Assembly: GCF_006345805.1 (NCBI RefSeq)
Contig: NW_021831871.1
Location: 966 to 64,965 of the forward strand
DNA: 64,000 nucleotides
Source of the DNA: Octopus sinensis
Taxonomy: Eukaryota
Direction of reading: 5' to 3'
Part shown: positions 12,321 to 26,500 of the stretch, piece after piece
Numbering within the stretch: position 1 is the first letter of the stretch
How the letters are laid out: each line of letters begins with the position of its first letter
The notes under the pieces: generated by a model
Told to the model about the DNA's origin: nothing
Database searches by the model: none
Seen by the model: only the letters and a program-made list of their open reading frames with translations
Position numbers and translations under genes: made by a program

Positions 12321-13029
12321 GAGTAAGTTTTCGTCGTTAAAATCAGCCCCAGGATTTGATTTATAATTTACTTTGTTGAGCTCGGCAGATAAGGGCACAG
12401 ACGAGAGGACTGCCAGGGACAACTAAAGCAGATGCCGACAAATGGTAAATGCGGTGAACTGCTGCCATCTTGGATGCTTCCCATATCTGATGTGATCTGA
12501 CCTGACATCGGAGAGAAGAATGACAAACTTGCCGTCGGCGGAATTTGAGCTCAGAATTTAAAAAAACGGGAAAAAATATAACTAAACCTTTTTGTCCAAC
12601 GCTCAAACGATACTTCCCCCAACACACCACCTCCCATTACCAAACGTTGACTAAAAGTAATGACATCAACAGAGGTCAAGAATCAATCCAATTATCATTG
12701 CATCAATTAGAAAACGTTAATTTCATGCCTTCGCTAATTGTAATTCTCATATTCACATAACTTATCTGAAAAAAAGCAAATATTATTAAAACAAAACGAG
12801 GGAGAGTTTTGGGTAAATATTGGTATAGTGAGTAGATAAGGAGGAAGTTAAATAGAAGAAGTGCGGATTAAGGCAGGAGTGGGTTTTTTTCAGGTTTCAT
12901 CTCTTATTTTCGTATCTCTGCAATTTGTATTAGTTATCTAATCTAATATGTACACACATACATACACGCATACGAGTATACATGCAGCTTTATATTTATA
13001 TACATGAATGCTTCCTAAAGTCATGATGA

Positions 13030-13548
13030 TCCTAATATGCGTTCAACGACTATCAAGTAATGGCCCGACCCTCAAAAATTTCGGGTTGGTGATCGGCGTG
13101 CTGGAAGACCACTGAGAGTGAAGTATCCCTTAGCTTTTGTTAAAGCATATCTCTAGGAGAAGGTCACTCTGATATAAAACCAGGTATGCTGGGAACGGTA
13201 ATGAACATTTTGGGGTGATCTTTTTCTTGCGCTCGAGATCATGCCTCCCGCTCACATTCCTGGACCTGCAACTCGTATTGACATCTTGCCTTGGCTTGTC
13301 TCTGAATCATGTCAGTAAAGTGGAGAGGGTCTTTGGTGCTGTGCAAGCCTTACTGGAGCTTAAATTTGAGGATGTGCAATCGCCGGCGAGGCGAACATCC
13401 GATTCCCAGTCGAGAAGAAGAGCATCACTTCGAGCAGATAAACTGCAAACGCTTATACAATAACTTCATGGACGGACATTGCTGACATTTGGCATGGGTA
13501 ATGGTCAGTGATGGTCTTCCTCGGCTGCGAGTGGACAGCCATCATCTT
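13030..13548 (+). mobile_element. Possible RTE-derived non-autonomous element
   Basis: GGAGAAGGTCACTCTGATATAAAACC resembles the motif I recall from RTE 5' UTRs. Ends in CCTCGGCTGCGAGTGGACAGC(CAT)n. Single copy here. Confidence 0.4.
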
Positions 13549-13555
13549 CATGTAT

Positions 13556-14066
13556 ATGTATGTTCAGTTTTATTTCAAGATTTCTCGCCAATAAAGAAAG
13601 AGTCCATTTCTAACCTAGATTCAAAGCTGCTTCATTGGAATTTCAACATCAACAAGTGGGTATGTATGTATGTATGTATGTATGTATGTATGTATGTACG
13701 TACGTACGTATGTATGTATGTATGTATGTATGTATGTATGTATGTATGTATGTATGTATGTATGTATGTATGTATGTATGTATGTGCAGATTTGTATGTT
13801 CTATGTATGTATTCTCATGCATATAGTTACATATCTTGACATGCTCATATATATTTAAATGATAAACTTCTGAAAAGTTTTACAGATTTTTACAGTTCCA
13901 GTGATGGAATTGATCTGTAGTCTTCGAATTAGCCTTTCCCTTTCTGGTCTTGAGAAGCCTAATTTCTCAAGATTAAGCATTTAGCCACTGCTTTACATAT
14001 CTCAGGGCCCCAATAATTTTTTGAGAAGTCTAATTTCTCAAGACTGGCATTTAGGGTTGTGTTACT
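13556..14066 (-). mobile_element. 3' end of a restriction-like-endonuclease LINE associated with (CATA)n
   Basis: Minus strand translates IIGALRYV (frameshift) NLEKLGFSRPERERLIRRLQINSITGTVKICKTFQKFII*. The putative UTR contains (CATA)n and ends GAAATAAAACTGAACATAC. A second UTR fragment lies at 14632-14703. Confidence 0.65.
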
Positions 14067-14154
14067 ATGTATGTATGTATGTATGTATGTATGTATGTAT
14101 GTATGTATGTATGTATGTATGTGTGTATGTATGTATGTATGTATGTATGTAATG

Positions 14155-14448
14155 AAGGCGTGTGGCTTATAAGTGAGAGTATTCGGTTCACTATCAAAAA
14201 GTCGCAAGTTCGATACCTAGCAGTGCGCTATGTTCTTGAGCAAGACACTTTATTTCACATTGCTCCAGTCTAATTAGCAGGCAAATATTGTGTAGTATGA
14301 AAGGACCAGTCTTATCACACGCTCTGTCATGCTGAATCTTCTTGATAACTACGGTGTGATCAGCCACTTGCACGTTAATGTCACAAGCAGGGGGTTCTGT
14401 TGATCGGATCATCTAGAACACTCATCGTTGTAAAGGACGAAATAGCAG
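14155..14448 (+). mobile_element. Diverged tRNA-headed SINE
   Basis: GGCGTGTGGCTTA..GTTCGATACC head and TTCTTGAGCAAGACACTT core. Tail is shared with 41640-41800. Confidence 0.7.
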
Positions 14449-15234
14449 TATGTATGTATGTATGTAGTATGTATGTATGTATGTATGCATGTATGTATGT
14501 ATGAATGTATGTATGTATGTACGTATATATGTATGTATGCATGCATACATGCATGTATATATGTATGTATATGTATGTATGTATGTACATGTGTGTGTAT
14601 GTGTATGTATGTATGCATGTATGTATGTATATCATTGTTCAGTTTAAGGCTTCTTGCTAATAGAGAAAGAATCGGATTCTAACCTAGATCTAAGGATCCT
14701 TCGTGTGTATATATGTATATATGTATGACTGTAAGTATGAATTTGTGTATGTATGTATGTATGTATGTATGTGTGTGTATGTATGTATGTGTATGTATGT
14801 ATGTATGTATGTATGCACATGTATGTGTGTATGCTTGTATGTGTGTATGCATATATATATATGTATGTATATATGTGTATGTATGTATATATGTATATAT
14901 TTACAGGAGAAAAAGACGAAGGCAGGTGAAAGAACAACAAGTAGATGTATTAGTTTAACGCTCGGGTATAATGGAAAAGTCTTTGACATTTCGAGCCTAC
15001 GCTCTGCGACGGAAAATATTGAGAGGGAAATATCAGACAGAGAGAAGCAAATGTATGTGGATTCACGGTTCAGCATGCATATATATGTCTATGTAGGTGC
15101 ATATATGCTCGCATATGCATGTATGCATATATATGTAATTATATATAAATTTATATATACATACTTATATATTGGATTATATAGAAATTCATATCTGTAT
15201 ATATATGTATTTATGTATATATATATATGTATAT

Positions 15235-15271
<37 letters not shown>

Positions 15272-15815
15272 GTGTATATATATGTGTGTCTATGTATGTA
15301 TGAATGTATGTATGTGTATATATATACATACATATATATATATACACACAGACATATATATATATACATGCTCACAGGCATTCATGTCTACATATTTATG
15401 CATGTATATTTTTATACATGCGTGTAAAGAGGTGTTATAATTGTACATAAACAATAAACGAGGAGTTACTCATGTTTATAGATCTGTTTGTAGATATCTA
15501 TGAGTGTGTATACTGTATATGAGTGTATATGTGTGTATATGTGTGTATGTGTGTGTAGATGTGTGTACTTTAACATTTACTAGAATGAATATACATTATT
15601 TGGCTGTTTGTGTGTGTGCGTATGTATATGTAGATATATGTAAATAACACCCACACCCACACCCAAACATATATATGCAAGTGTTCGTACGACTATACTT
15701 ATATAGCCTGTCGTATATGTTGTATATTTATAAATCGCTACTTATGTGTATAGTTAAAAATTATCTCTCTATCTAATTGCTACATATACATATATATTGT
15801 ATACATACATACACA

Positions 15816-15908
<93 letters not shown>

Positions 15909-15984
15909 CAAATATATATATATATGTATGTATGTATATATACATACATACATACATACATGCATACATACATACATACATGCA

Positions 15985-16030
<46 letters not shown>

Positions 16031-16043
16031 CATACATACATAT

Positions 16044-16099
<56 letters not shown>

Positions 16100-16511
16100 T
16101 GTGTGTGTGTGTGTAATATATATGTAATATATTAGTAGCTGACCTTAGGTCTAGTTAGTGATAATTTCCCATGTGAACCAATATACCAATTTCAACCAGA
16201 AAATTCAGCGCACCCTGAACCGGAATATTTTCTGATATTTGTCAGCACGGTGCCGTTTATTTCCAACGTATGTGTTTTCCCATCAGTTCCGACCATTAGC
16301 CATTTTGCTTGTAACACTATACTTTCATTATCATCATCGTCATCATTATGATGATGATGATGATGATGATGATGATCACCACCACCACCACCACCACCAT
16401 CGTCATAATAATCGTCATCATCATGATCATCGTCATTATCACCATCATCATCATCATTACATCATCATGATCATCACCATCATCAACATCGTCATCATCA
16501 TCATCGCCATC

Positions 16512-16542
<31 letters not shown>

Positions 16543-16620
16543 TCATCATAATCATCATCATCATCATCATCATCTTCCGTCGTTATGATTGCTGTTATCA
16601 TTATTATTTGTAGTAGTAGC

Positions 16621-16694
<74 letters not shown>

Positions 16695-17107
16695 CACTAG
16701 TAGTAGCAGTAGCTTTTTGCAATTGTACTGTTAGTGTTGTCCTTATTTGAAAATAAAATCATAGTCATTAGTGTAAATTAGAATTTTTGTTCTCCATATT
16801 GCTTGTTTCGCGAAAATGTAGACATGTTACACCTTCGGACAGAATTTATTGCTGTACTATAATTACAGCTCTTTACGAATCTGAGTTCACATCCCACCGA
16901 AGTTTACCTGCCACCTCTGGTCGATAGGATAGTAGTACTATTCATTTACTGGTACCGATGGTATCGAATACTCTCCAACACGTCACAGCAGTGAATGAAG
17001 TCCCCAAATTTAGAGATTATTGTTGTTGTTGTTATTATTGTTATTTTTCAAAAATACTATTTTTGTATGCTTTTTGTGGTATCTCTCCTTTGATCAATGA
17101 AAGCCCT

Positions 17108-17150
<43 letters not shown>

Positions 17151-17399
17151 TTGTATCCCGTTCTTTTGATATTATCGTCCATGTTTTATTAAAGAAATGA
17201 TATCATCATCATCATCATCATCACTAGTATCATTTTTATTGTTATTATTATCATTATTACTTAAATGATGTTTAAATGATGTGTTGTCATTCTGAGGTTT
17301 GAATCCAACATGTCTTCTCAATTCTCTATATCCTTTCTTAGAATTCTTACAGAGTAGAAAATTTCACTTTTCTGTTGGTCGGCAGTGCCCGTCTCTACG

Positions 17400-18450
17400 T
17401 GCTGATAATGCGAAACATCATGAAAATCTGTGTAAGAGTATGGCCCACCACTAAACGAAAATATTTTTCCTCAATGGAGAAAACACCTAAGAAAATTCGA
17501 GGGACAAAATTATGACCTTTATCATACAAACGTAAAATTGTCTTAACCGAAGGAAATCTTAAAAATATAGATATACAATCGAGTAAGTATAGGGTACATA
17601 GACCCAGCAAACGTGATGTGTGAGACAATGATTATTGGGCTGTTAAGAGAAATATATCTGAAGATAAGTTTACTAGATCTTCGTCTTAGTGCTACTGTTT
17701 CATAAAGATATATAACTTAAGCATAAGATTAAAGATAAAAGCGACACAAAAGATAGATGGTTGGAAAATATCAACGAGATACCCCGGAGTTTCACAAATA
17801 CGTGATAAATGCTAGGATGGAAATATACGGTGAACAAGGGCTAATAGGCCATACACATGAAGTGTGCCTTCAAACAAAACTCTTGAAAATATCGTGAAAC
17901 AAGCACGGTATTTATAACCTTACGCTTCTTCTTCTTCACCCTTTTAAAGCCTAGCCAGGCTCATGGGCCTGGTTTCCCGGTTTCTGTGGCCTATGTGTTC
18001 CCCAGCTGGAAGGGAGACCAGTCCATAGAGGCGTTACTCATTTTTGCCAGCTGAGTGAACTGGAGCAACGTAAAATGAAGTGTTTTGCTCAAGAACACAA
18101 CGCGTCGCCCGGTCCAGGAATCGAAACCACGATCTTACGATCATAACGCTGACACCCTAACCACTAAACCACGCGCCTCCACATAACCTTACGCTTAGTT
18201 TTCTGTAAACGGCATTACGCTTTCAAATTTACTGCTGTTTAAACAAACAAACAAACAAAAAATAAGCCCAAGAAAATTATTCTATGTTTTATTGGAAGCG
18301 AGGTAGATAAAAGTGGTTCAAAAAGGTGTCAGGAGAGAGCATTGTTACAGCTTTTAGTTAATCTGAAGAAGACAATGTCACTAGTATGGGATTAACTTCA
18401 AGTTTACAAGGATGGAACAACAAGGAAATCCTAGGACAATTAAAACCTAA
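17400..18450 (+). pseudogene. Possible highly decayed piggyBac-like transposase remnant, interrupted by a SINE
   Basis: Only a weak echo of the TVDE..C.FKQ..K.GI motif near 17827-17912, with many stops. Confidence 0.25.
17928..18182 (-). mobile_element. tRNA-headed SINE family S3 with 14-bp TSD
   Basis: TSD ATAACCTTACGCTT at 17914-17927 and 18183-18196. Head GTGGAGGCGCGTGGTTTAGTGGTTAG..GTTTCGATTCC. (AAG)n tail. Confidence 0.9.
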
Positions 18451-19437
18451 ATGCAATGTTATTACGAGTTCAAATATACTAGTGGCACGTCCAGACTCGT
18501 AAGCAAACTATTCACTCTGTTTTGTCACGGAGAACATTTTTCGCTATTGACAAATGATGTAAATACACCTAAATCAACTCGCAGCATCACCCATACAAAC
18601 TGTAAGACGCAAGCGTTTCAGAGTAGTCATCTTCTCTTCAGTCACAGAAAGCAGACAGGGGAGACAATCTCTCTTAACGGCTCGCTGCGCCACAAGCATA
18701 TTTGAACTGGTGATAAAATTGCATTTATACACATCATTGCTTAGCGCACCCACTCCGTAATTAAAACCTAAATGAACAGTTAACCTCACCTATTAACAAT
18801 TGATGTTACAATCACTGGATGTTTCAGTCAACAAAACTTACGTCGCAGTCAACAAAATGTTTTACTTGAGAAATGTGAAACTAAGGTTCAATTCTTTGAG
18901 TTCGTTGCCGGAAATTGAGTGATCTCAACAGGATGACTGATGAGACCAAATATTGAACTTATTTATAAGCGGGTAAGGTTAACATGTGGAGCTGAGAGGG
19001 AAGGAAGTTAAAGACAAGCAATAATTCTTTTAAGAAAATCTGAAATCAGTTATGCAATGGATATACCAATGATGGAATCTATGAAAACAGTGATGACCAA
19101 ATACATAAATAAATACATAAATAGTGGTACAGGCGTGGCTGTGTGGTAAAAAGCTTGCTTCCCAACGACATGTTTCCAGGTTCAGTCCCACTGCGTGGCA
19201 TCTTGGGCAAATTTCGTATACTTTAGCCTCGGGCTGACCAAAGCCATGTGAGTGGATTTGGTAGACGGAAACCGAAAAAAACCTGTCGTATATATATATA
19301 TATATAATATATATATTAACAATTAAGGAACGGCCATAATAGGCCATTCACCCACTAGAAATAACAGCCAAAGCTTCTACCGCAAATAAAGATCAATTCC
19401 GTAAACAGGAGAAAATTAAAAAAACATTTACCCTGTA

Positions 19438-19544
19438 ATTTCTTGTACGGTATACCGTTTCATCCGTTGTTTAATGGTAAACCAACCTAATTAAATTAAA
19501 TCAAGCCAATCTTCCATAAGCCCTCGGATTCATCAGCAAGAAAT
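19438..19544 (-). ncRNA. Type I hammerhead ribozyme (inverted copy)
   Basis: Reverse complement of 19666-19772. Confidence 0.85.
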
Positions 19545-19665
19545 AGCTCTCGGGACAGATAATTACACGAGGCATATCCCATCTTGCCAAGTCAATATCT
19601 GACCTAAAATTTTCAAATCGTCGCACTCGCGCCAAATTTATCGGCCAAATTTATCGGCAGCAAAT

Positions 19666-19772
19666 ATTTCTTGCTGATGAATCCGAGGGCTTATGGAAGA
19701 TTGGCTTGATTTAATTTAATTAGGTTGGTTTACCATTAAACAACGGATGAAACGGTATACCGTACAAGAAAT
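19666..19772 (+). ncRNA. Type I hammerhead ribozyme with a large stem II insert
   Basis: Stem I ATTTCTTG/CAAGAAAT (8 bp). Core CTGATGA. Stem II ATCCG/CGGAT around about 58 nt. GAAA. Stem III ACGG-TATA-CCGT. Cleavage triplet GUA. Confidence 0.87.
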
Positions 19773-20001
19773 TACAGGGTAAATGTTTTTTTTAATTTTC
19801 TCCTGTTTACGGAATTGATCTTTATTTGCGGTAGAAGCTTTGGCTGTTATTTCTAGTGGGTGAATGGCCTATTATGGCCGTTCCTTAATTGTTAATGTTG
19901 AACTTAAAAATGGTCTATGACTATTTAATTTTTTTCCCGCTGGGCCGCTGGTGGCAATAAAATTCTACAAAATTTCCTTGCCACTCTATATTGATTAATT
20001 A

Positions 20002-20050
<49 letters not shown>

Positions 20051-20654
20051 GTGTGTGTGTTCACATCTGTTTTTGACCCCCACCACCGCTTGACAACCGG
20101 TGTTGATGTGTTTACGTCCCCGTAGCCTAGCAGTTCTGCAAAGAGATATCGACAGAATAAGTACCCCAGGTTTAAAAAAGATAACTCATGAAGACGATTT
20201 ATTCGACTGAAACTCTTCGAGGCGGTGCCCTAACAATGGCCACACTTAAATGACTACCAACAAGTATAAGAACACAAGAATAAAAGAAAATAAATAGATA
20301 AAACATTTTGCCGTGACTGCGAGGTGGATGTCATTATTGGTTGGTGTGCTAGTAAACGCTATTGGTAATAAATACAGAGTCATCAGATTTTTGCGACGCT
20401 TTCATGAAAGATGGGGCTTCAGAGGATGTGCTGTTTCCCAGTAAATTTGTTGAAAGGTGAGAATATGGCGAGAATGGTCCGAGCAAGTTGGTCTACCCTA
20501 AGCTGGTACCTGTAGGCTGAAAAATGCGGAGGAGAGAAGCACTTATAGTATTTCCGACGAATAGGTTAGCCCGGGATCTCAAGGGTTCTTTGATACTGCT
20601 GAGTAACCTTTTGTCCCTATATCAGGGTTTTGTTAAGATTTTTGTTGCAAAGAT

Positions 20655-21074
20655 GAACCACTGCAAATATTCTGTTCAATATCACACATTTGCTAGTTAG
20701 TTGCTTGGCCTTAACCAGTTGACCATGCCCACTCATTGGCAGACAATATATGCCCTTCTGATCAGAAGCAGGAGTAGTAGGGGAGCATCATAGCCATGTG
20801 TTCAGAGGGATTCTTTGGGGTTTTAATATTTCACACCTGACAACATGGGTATTTCGTTCACCATCCTTAAACAACTCTTACTCAGGGATCTTTTGAGCGG
20901 GATGGGCTACTGAACCCGAAGCAAATTCTATGCGCTATGTATCATGATATGTGATTACCATGTCGCGCAAATATGGAACTATGGTTGTGATGCATCTACC
21001 TGATGTACCCTTATCGGACGAGTAGTCAGGATGTATATATTGGGCCTGGTGGATTCTACCCTAGTATCACTTTG

Positions 21075-21076
<2 letters not shown>
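20655..21076 (+). mobile_element. Element X, diverged copy
   Basis: Aligns by eye with 2925-3365, e.g. GGGAGCATCATAGCCATGTGTT and CATCCTTAAACAAC. Confidence 0.75.
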
Positions 21077-21129
<53 letters not shown>

Positions 21130-21428
21130 CATCATCGTTACCGATCAGGCTATCAGATGTTGCTACACATCGCTGATCACAATGCGCTTCACATTGTTTT
21201 AGCCTTCGAATGACGCCGCCTCGCTGGCTAAGCGAGCAGCCCAACAGAAGAAAGAGTGAGAGAAAGTTGTGGCGAAAGAGTACAGCGGGGATCGCCACCA
21301 CCAACAACCCACTGCCGGAGCCCTGTGGAGCTTTAGGTGTTTTCGATCAATAAACACTCACAACGAATGGGAACCGCGTTCCTACAACCGCAAGTCCATT
21401 GCCCTAACCACTGGGCCATTGCGCCCTC
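21130..21428 (-). mobile_element. tRNA-headed SINE with S4 head and an alternative tail
   Basis: 5' part matches 41421-41605. The tail differs and ends in GATGATG. Confidence 0.8.
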
Positions 21429-21566
21429 GTATATATATATATATAATGTAGATATCAAGCGTGCGTAGGTTTATGTAAAGCAGTATATATAAAAGAATTA
21501 AAGATAATGCTATGCTACTTCCTTATGATTATTATTGTTATTGATATATATTATATATGTATTCAT

Positions 21567-21665
<99 letters not shown>

Positions 21666-21683
21666 GTATGTATATATATATGA

Positions 21684-21718
<35 letters not shown>

Positions 21719-22419
21719 GGTACATACACACATGTATATTTGTGTGTATATATAGCTGCATTCATATATGTGTATAGATAAATTGATAGATAGATTGATA
21801 GACAGAGAGAGGGGGTAGAAAAGAGAGAGAGAGGGGTATGTATCTATCAGTAGACGTATTTATATAGTTAATTAACTGCTTATGAGCAAATATATACTTG
21901 CATCAGTTAAACATGAGCAATTGTTTTTTCTTATTTTTGTAATGAATCCTGTACAACGTAGATAATAAATGACTCAGCTATGTCATCAACGTCACCGTTT
22001 TTAGTATCCCAATGTCACGCTGCTAATGCCTTTGGTAATAGCTTAAACGAAAGAATCTCTCTGGTTTTTGACCTACAATACAAACAAATTATTCATCATA
22101 TTCATCATCCTCGTTATCATTAGCAGCATTGGCTACACTACCACTACAGGAAAGAATACAGCGAAGCATTTCGGTTCCATCACATGCCCGTATTTCTAAT
22201 TTAAGCACATGACCATCACTTTTGAGGAGAGGAAGTTAGTCAATTATCTCGACTTTAAGGCTTGACTGGTACTTTATTTCATTGTCTCCGGAGGAAGGAG
22301 AGGCATTACTGACTTCAACGTGATTTGAGCTCTAAAAGTAAAGAACTGGAGAGGCATTTTTTTTCGACGCTGTAATGATTCTGTCTACGCGGTGCAGTGG
22401 ATATTAGAAAGGCAGGTAT

Positions 22420-22576
22420 TGGAGTAGAGTGCCCAATAGAACTCTTACAAAAGTTTTGCCAGAGTAATTAGGACAGTATTAGATAGTTGAAAAGAACAGG
22501 TATTATGGTGCGATAAGCTGCAGGCAGCAAATTCGCTACGCATGCAAGACTCCAAGAGAACCTAAGACAAAACGAA
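22420..22576 (+). mobile_element. Old Dong-like LINE 3' end
   Basis: IELLQK..ARVIRTVLDS* followed by a short UTR and (AAT)n. Confidence 0.5.
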
Positions 22577-22593
22577 TAATAATAACCATAATA

Positions 22594-22647
<54 letters not shown>

Positions 22648-22652
22648 TAATA

Positions 22653-22728
<76 letters not shown>

Positions 22729-22763
22729 CGACGACGATGATGATGATGATGATGATGATGATG

Positions 22764-23470
22764 GATGCCGTATCAGGCAGTAGCTCTCGTGGCTTCTGAT
22801 CTTAACTGATTGGAAATGTTGTCATGTATTGTTTTGTCTTGGTATAAAAGATGAGCTACAGCAAATATTCTGCTCAATACCACAGATTTGCTTGTCAGTT
22901 GTTTCACCTTAACCAGTTGAGCATGTCCGTTAGTGGCTGATGGTATGTGCATTTCTGATCACGAGCAGAAATAGTTGGGAAGCATCATAGCCATGTGTTG
23001 AGAGGGATTCTTTGGGGTTTAAATAATTCACCTCTGGAAACATGGGTGTTTCGTTCAACATCCTTAAACTACCCTTATTCAGGGATCTTTTGAGCGGGAT
23101 GGGTATACTGGCCTTCGTATACTTTACCCCAGAGTTACTTTGATGACATGAACTGCTCTCTCACTCAATAATAATAATAACAATAATAATAATGATAATA
23201 AATATGGGTGTCTCGTTCAACATCCTTAAACAACCCTTATTCAGGGAACCTTTGTGCGGGATGGGTTACTCGACCAGAAGAAAATTATACCTGGACCCCA
23301 CCTGCAAGGTCATGCGCTGTTTATCTTGATATGAGATCACCATATCCCGCGCATACGGTTGTGATACATGTGCCTGATGCAACATTATCAGACGTGTATG
23401 CATGATGGGCATTCTGGGCTTCGTATATTTTACTCCAGTATCACTTTGATGGCAAGGACGGCTCTCTCAC

Positions 23471-23473
<3 letters not shown>
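22764..23473 (+). mobile_element. Two tandem copies of element X (22764-23167 internally deleted; 23203-23473 5'-truncated)
   Basis: The first has the same 5' start as 2835. Both end in CTCTCTCACT followed by (AAT)n. Confidence 0.82.
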
Positions 23474-23532
<59 letters not shown>

Positions 23533-23543
23533 TAATAATAATA

Positions 23544-26500
23544 AACAGAAACACCCTGAAGTAAGACCCTACATAGACAGTAACAAGCTTGCCAATGTTA
23601 GAAGAAACATTATAAAAAAGAAATTACTGACTGAAGTAGAGATTGATCAGGTTAGACAAGCAATATCGGATAAAATGAACGAAGCTGCAGCTAGAGAAGA
23701 TAATACAGAGGAAATGATTATAGACCAGCCCAGGGCGGATAAAAACGAAGAGAGGATTGAAAGAGCTAGTATAAGTGATAGGCAAAGTGAAATACGCCCT
23801 GAACCAATCATAAACACTAAGACAGATGAGCATCAAATAGATAAAGAAAGTCACACAAATATTGACCCAACAGAACTACATGAGCTAAAAAAATCAATCA
23901 TGATTGAATGGCTGAAAATTAAAGAAACCAGCATGGATGAGCGTGATACACTTCCTAAAATCCGCAACTCTAACCAAAACATGAAAATAATGGGTAAAAT
24001 CGGCTTGCACTTAAGGATATAATTTCAGTTAATGATGTTGATATCATAAACCTCAACCACCTATACTATGCATCCGCGAAAATCTCAACGATCCTATGTG
24101 GTGTAAAGATTAGAAAACGGCAACAGTCCCACAAAAAGCCTTCCTGGCAAGAGCGTCTGCAACAACAAATTAAAGTATTTAGATCTGACATTGAATATTT
24201 GAAAAACCTTAAGGCTCACAAGACTACCAAACCTACAAAAACCCAAAATTACTGAAAAAATACAATATGAAAACTATACTTGATATTGATGCCACCATAG
24301 AAACCATCAAACAAAAGGTATCTGCCAAAGCTGCCCGCATAGCGAGGTATGAAAAGCGTGTTAGATTTTTCAAGGACAACAACATGTTCAAAAATAACAC
24401 CAAGAATTTTTACAGGAAGATAGGAAAAACAGCGTTTACTGCAGGGTCTGTACCATCAAAAGAGAAGTGCAGAGATTTTGGAATAAAATCTGGGCAGAAG
24501 AAAAAACACACAACGAAAAGGCCCCCTGGATTGACAGAATATCTACAGAACTGGACCCCTTAGAAGAGCAAAAGTGGGAGGGTGTCAAGGTAGAAGATAT
24601 AAGATCTGCTCTCAGGAGGTCAAGCAAATGGAAGTCTCCAGGAAAGGATAAAATTCCTAACTTCTGGCTGAATGCCTTCCCAGAGAGCCATGAACTGCTA
24701 ACAGAACTGTACAATGATGTTTTGCAACACCCTAGTAGGATGCCTCCTTGGCTAGTTAATGGGTTAACATTCCTGCTTCCAAAAAGTGAAGAAACAAATG
24801 AACCAAAAAACTATAGACCCATAACCTGCTTAACAACTATGTACAAAACACTAACATCTGTCCTGACGGAATATACCTATAGTTTTTTAACAGACAGCAG
24901 CATATTCCCTAATGAACAGAAAGGATGTAAACGTGGATCCTACGGCTGTAAAGACCAACTACTCATCAATAAGATGATCTTAGAAGATTGTCACAAACGA
25001 CACAAAAACTTATCAATAGCCTGGATAGACTATAAAAAGGCTTTTGATAGCCTACCACATAGCTGGATTAGGAAATGCCTTGAAATGTATAAGATAGCAC
25101 CAACTCTGCGAAACTTCTTGACTGTAAGTATGAGATCATGGAGAACCACACTAACTCTGAACAGTGACAGTGAATCCCTAAATGCTGGTGATGTAAAATT
25201 TCGTGTGGCATTTTCCAGGGTGACTCACTGTCACCACTCCTCTTTTGTTTATCCTTAATACCTCTCTCAAAGCTGCTCAATGACGCGCAGTACGGGTATA
25301 AAATGTTTGATAAAAATATAAATCATCTCGTTTACATGGATGATTTAAAGCTTTTTGCAAAAAATGATCAACAACTCAAGGGCTTACTAGCGATAGTCAA
25401 ACAATTCAGTGACGACATCAGAATGCAATTCGGCCTCGATAAATGTGCAAAGGCTACCTTATCAAAGGAAAAATGACAGAAACATCTAACGTTAACCTTG
25501 ACCAACAGAATGTCATAAAAAACTAGACCCAGCGGAGAGCTACAAGTACCTAGGGGTAATTGAAGGGAACGGAATAAGGCATTCAGAGATGAAGGAAAGG
25601 ATCAGGAGAGAATGCTATCGAAGAGTGAGAGCAATACTCAAGACAGAGCTGAATGCAAGAAACAGGATCGAAGCAATCAATGCATTAGCTATACCAGTCG
25701 TGACTTACAGTTTCAATATTGTTAACTGGTCAATTACTGAAATATGTCAGCTCGACAGAAAAATAAGGAAACTGTTGACAATGCATAGAATGCACCACCC
25801 TAAGGCAGATACAGAACGACTCTATCTGCCAAGAAAAGAGGGAGGCCGTGGTCTTTTGCAACTGGCAATAACAATGAAGATTGCTACAATTGGCCTAGAC
25901 ACCTACCTGAAAAACTCTGAGGACTGGATGTTAAAACTTGTCTCAAAACATGAAAACAAGAAAGCATCATACTCAGTCACAAAACAGGCAAAGGAATATC
26001 TAAGTGAATTCCGAATACAACCAATTTCGGAATTAGAGATAGACATACAAGAAACAAGCACAGAAAAAGCTAGGCGCATGAAAACCCGTGCCAAAACTGC
26101 GGCCTTAGATATTCTGAATAATAAATGGCAAGAAAAACCTCTCTATGGCAAATACCCAAAGAGAGCGAATAATGCAGATATCGACAAAGCCCTGACCCAT
26201 CAATGGCTAATGGCCTCTGGCTTAAAATCTGAAACAGAGGGGTTTATCATAGCAGCTCAAGATCAATGCCTACCAACAAGAAACTACCAGGCCAACATAT
26301 TAAAGATCAGAAGCAGTCCAACGTGTCGTGTATGCAAGCAACAAAATGAAACCATTGACCATGTGGTCTCCAAGTGCAGTCTTCTAGCGCCTACAGAGTA
26401 TCTCAACAGGCACGATAGAGCTGCACAATATATTCACTGGGTAATCTGTAAAAACTGGATTTGCCCCATGAAAAAAACTGGTGGGAACACAAACCACCCC

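Larger units (their letters stand above)
19315..20004. mobile_element. Hammerhead-bearing element, family R3, with ~231-bp inverted arms
   Basis: 19315-19545 is the reverse complement of 19665-19896. Bounded by (TA)n on both sides. Confidence 0.88.
19128..20290 (+). mobile_element. SINE S2 split by an insertion into its internal (TA)n tract
   Basis: Head at 19128-19290 and tail at about 20050-20290, separated by a hammerhead inverted-repeat element. Confidence 0.8.

Noticed and set aside
14703-16127. Long ORFs rich in Y/I/C/V/M (also around 49275-50015 and 57042-57725)
   Set aside because: Translations of (TA)n, (TG)n and (TATG)n microsatellites, which lack stop codons in some frames.
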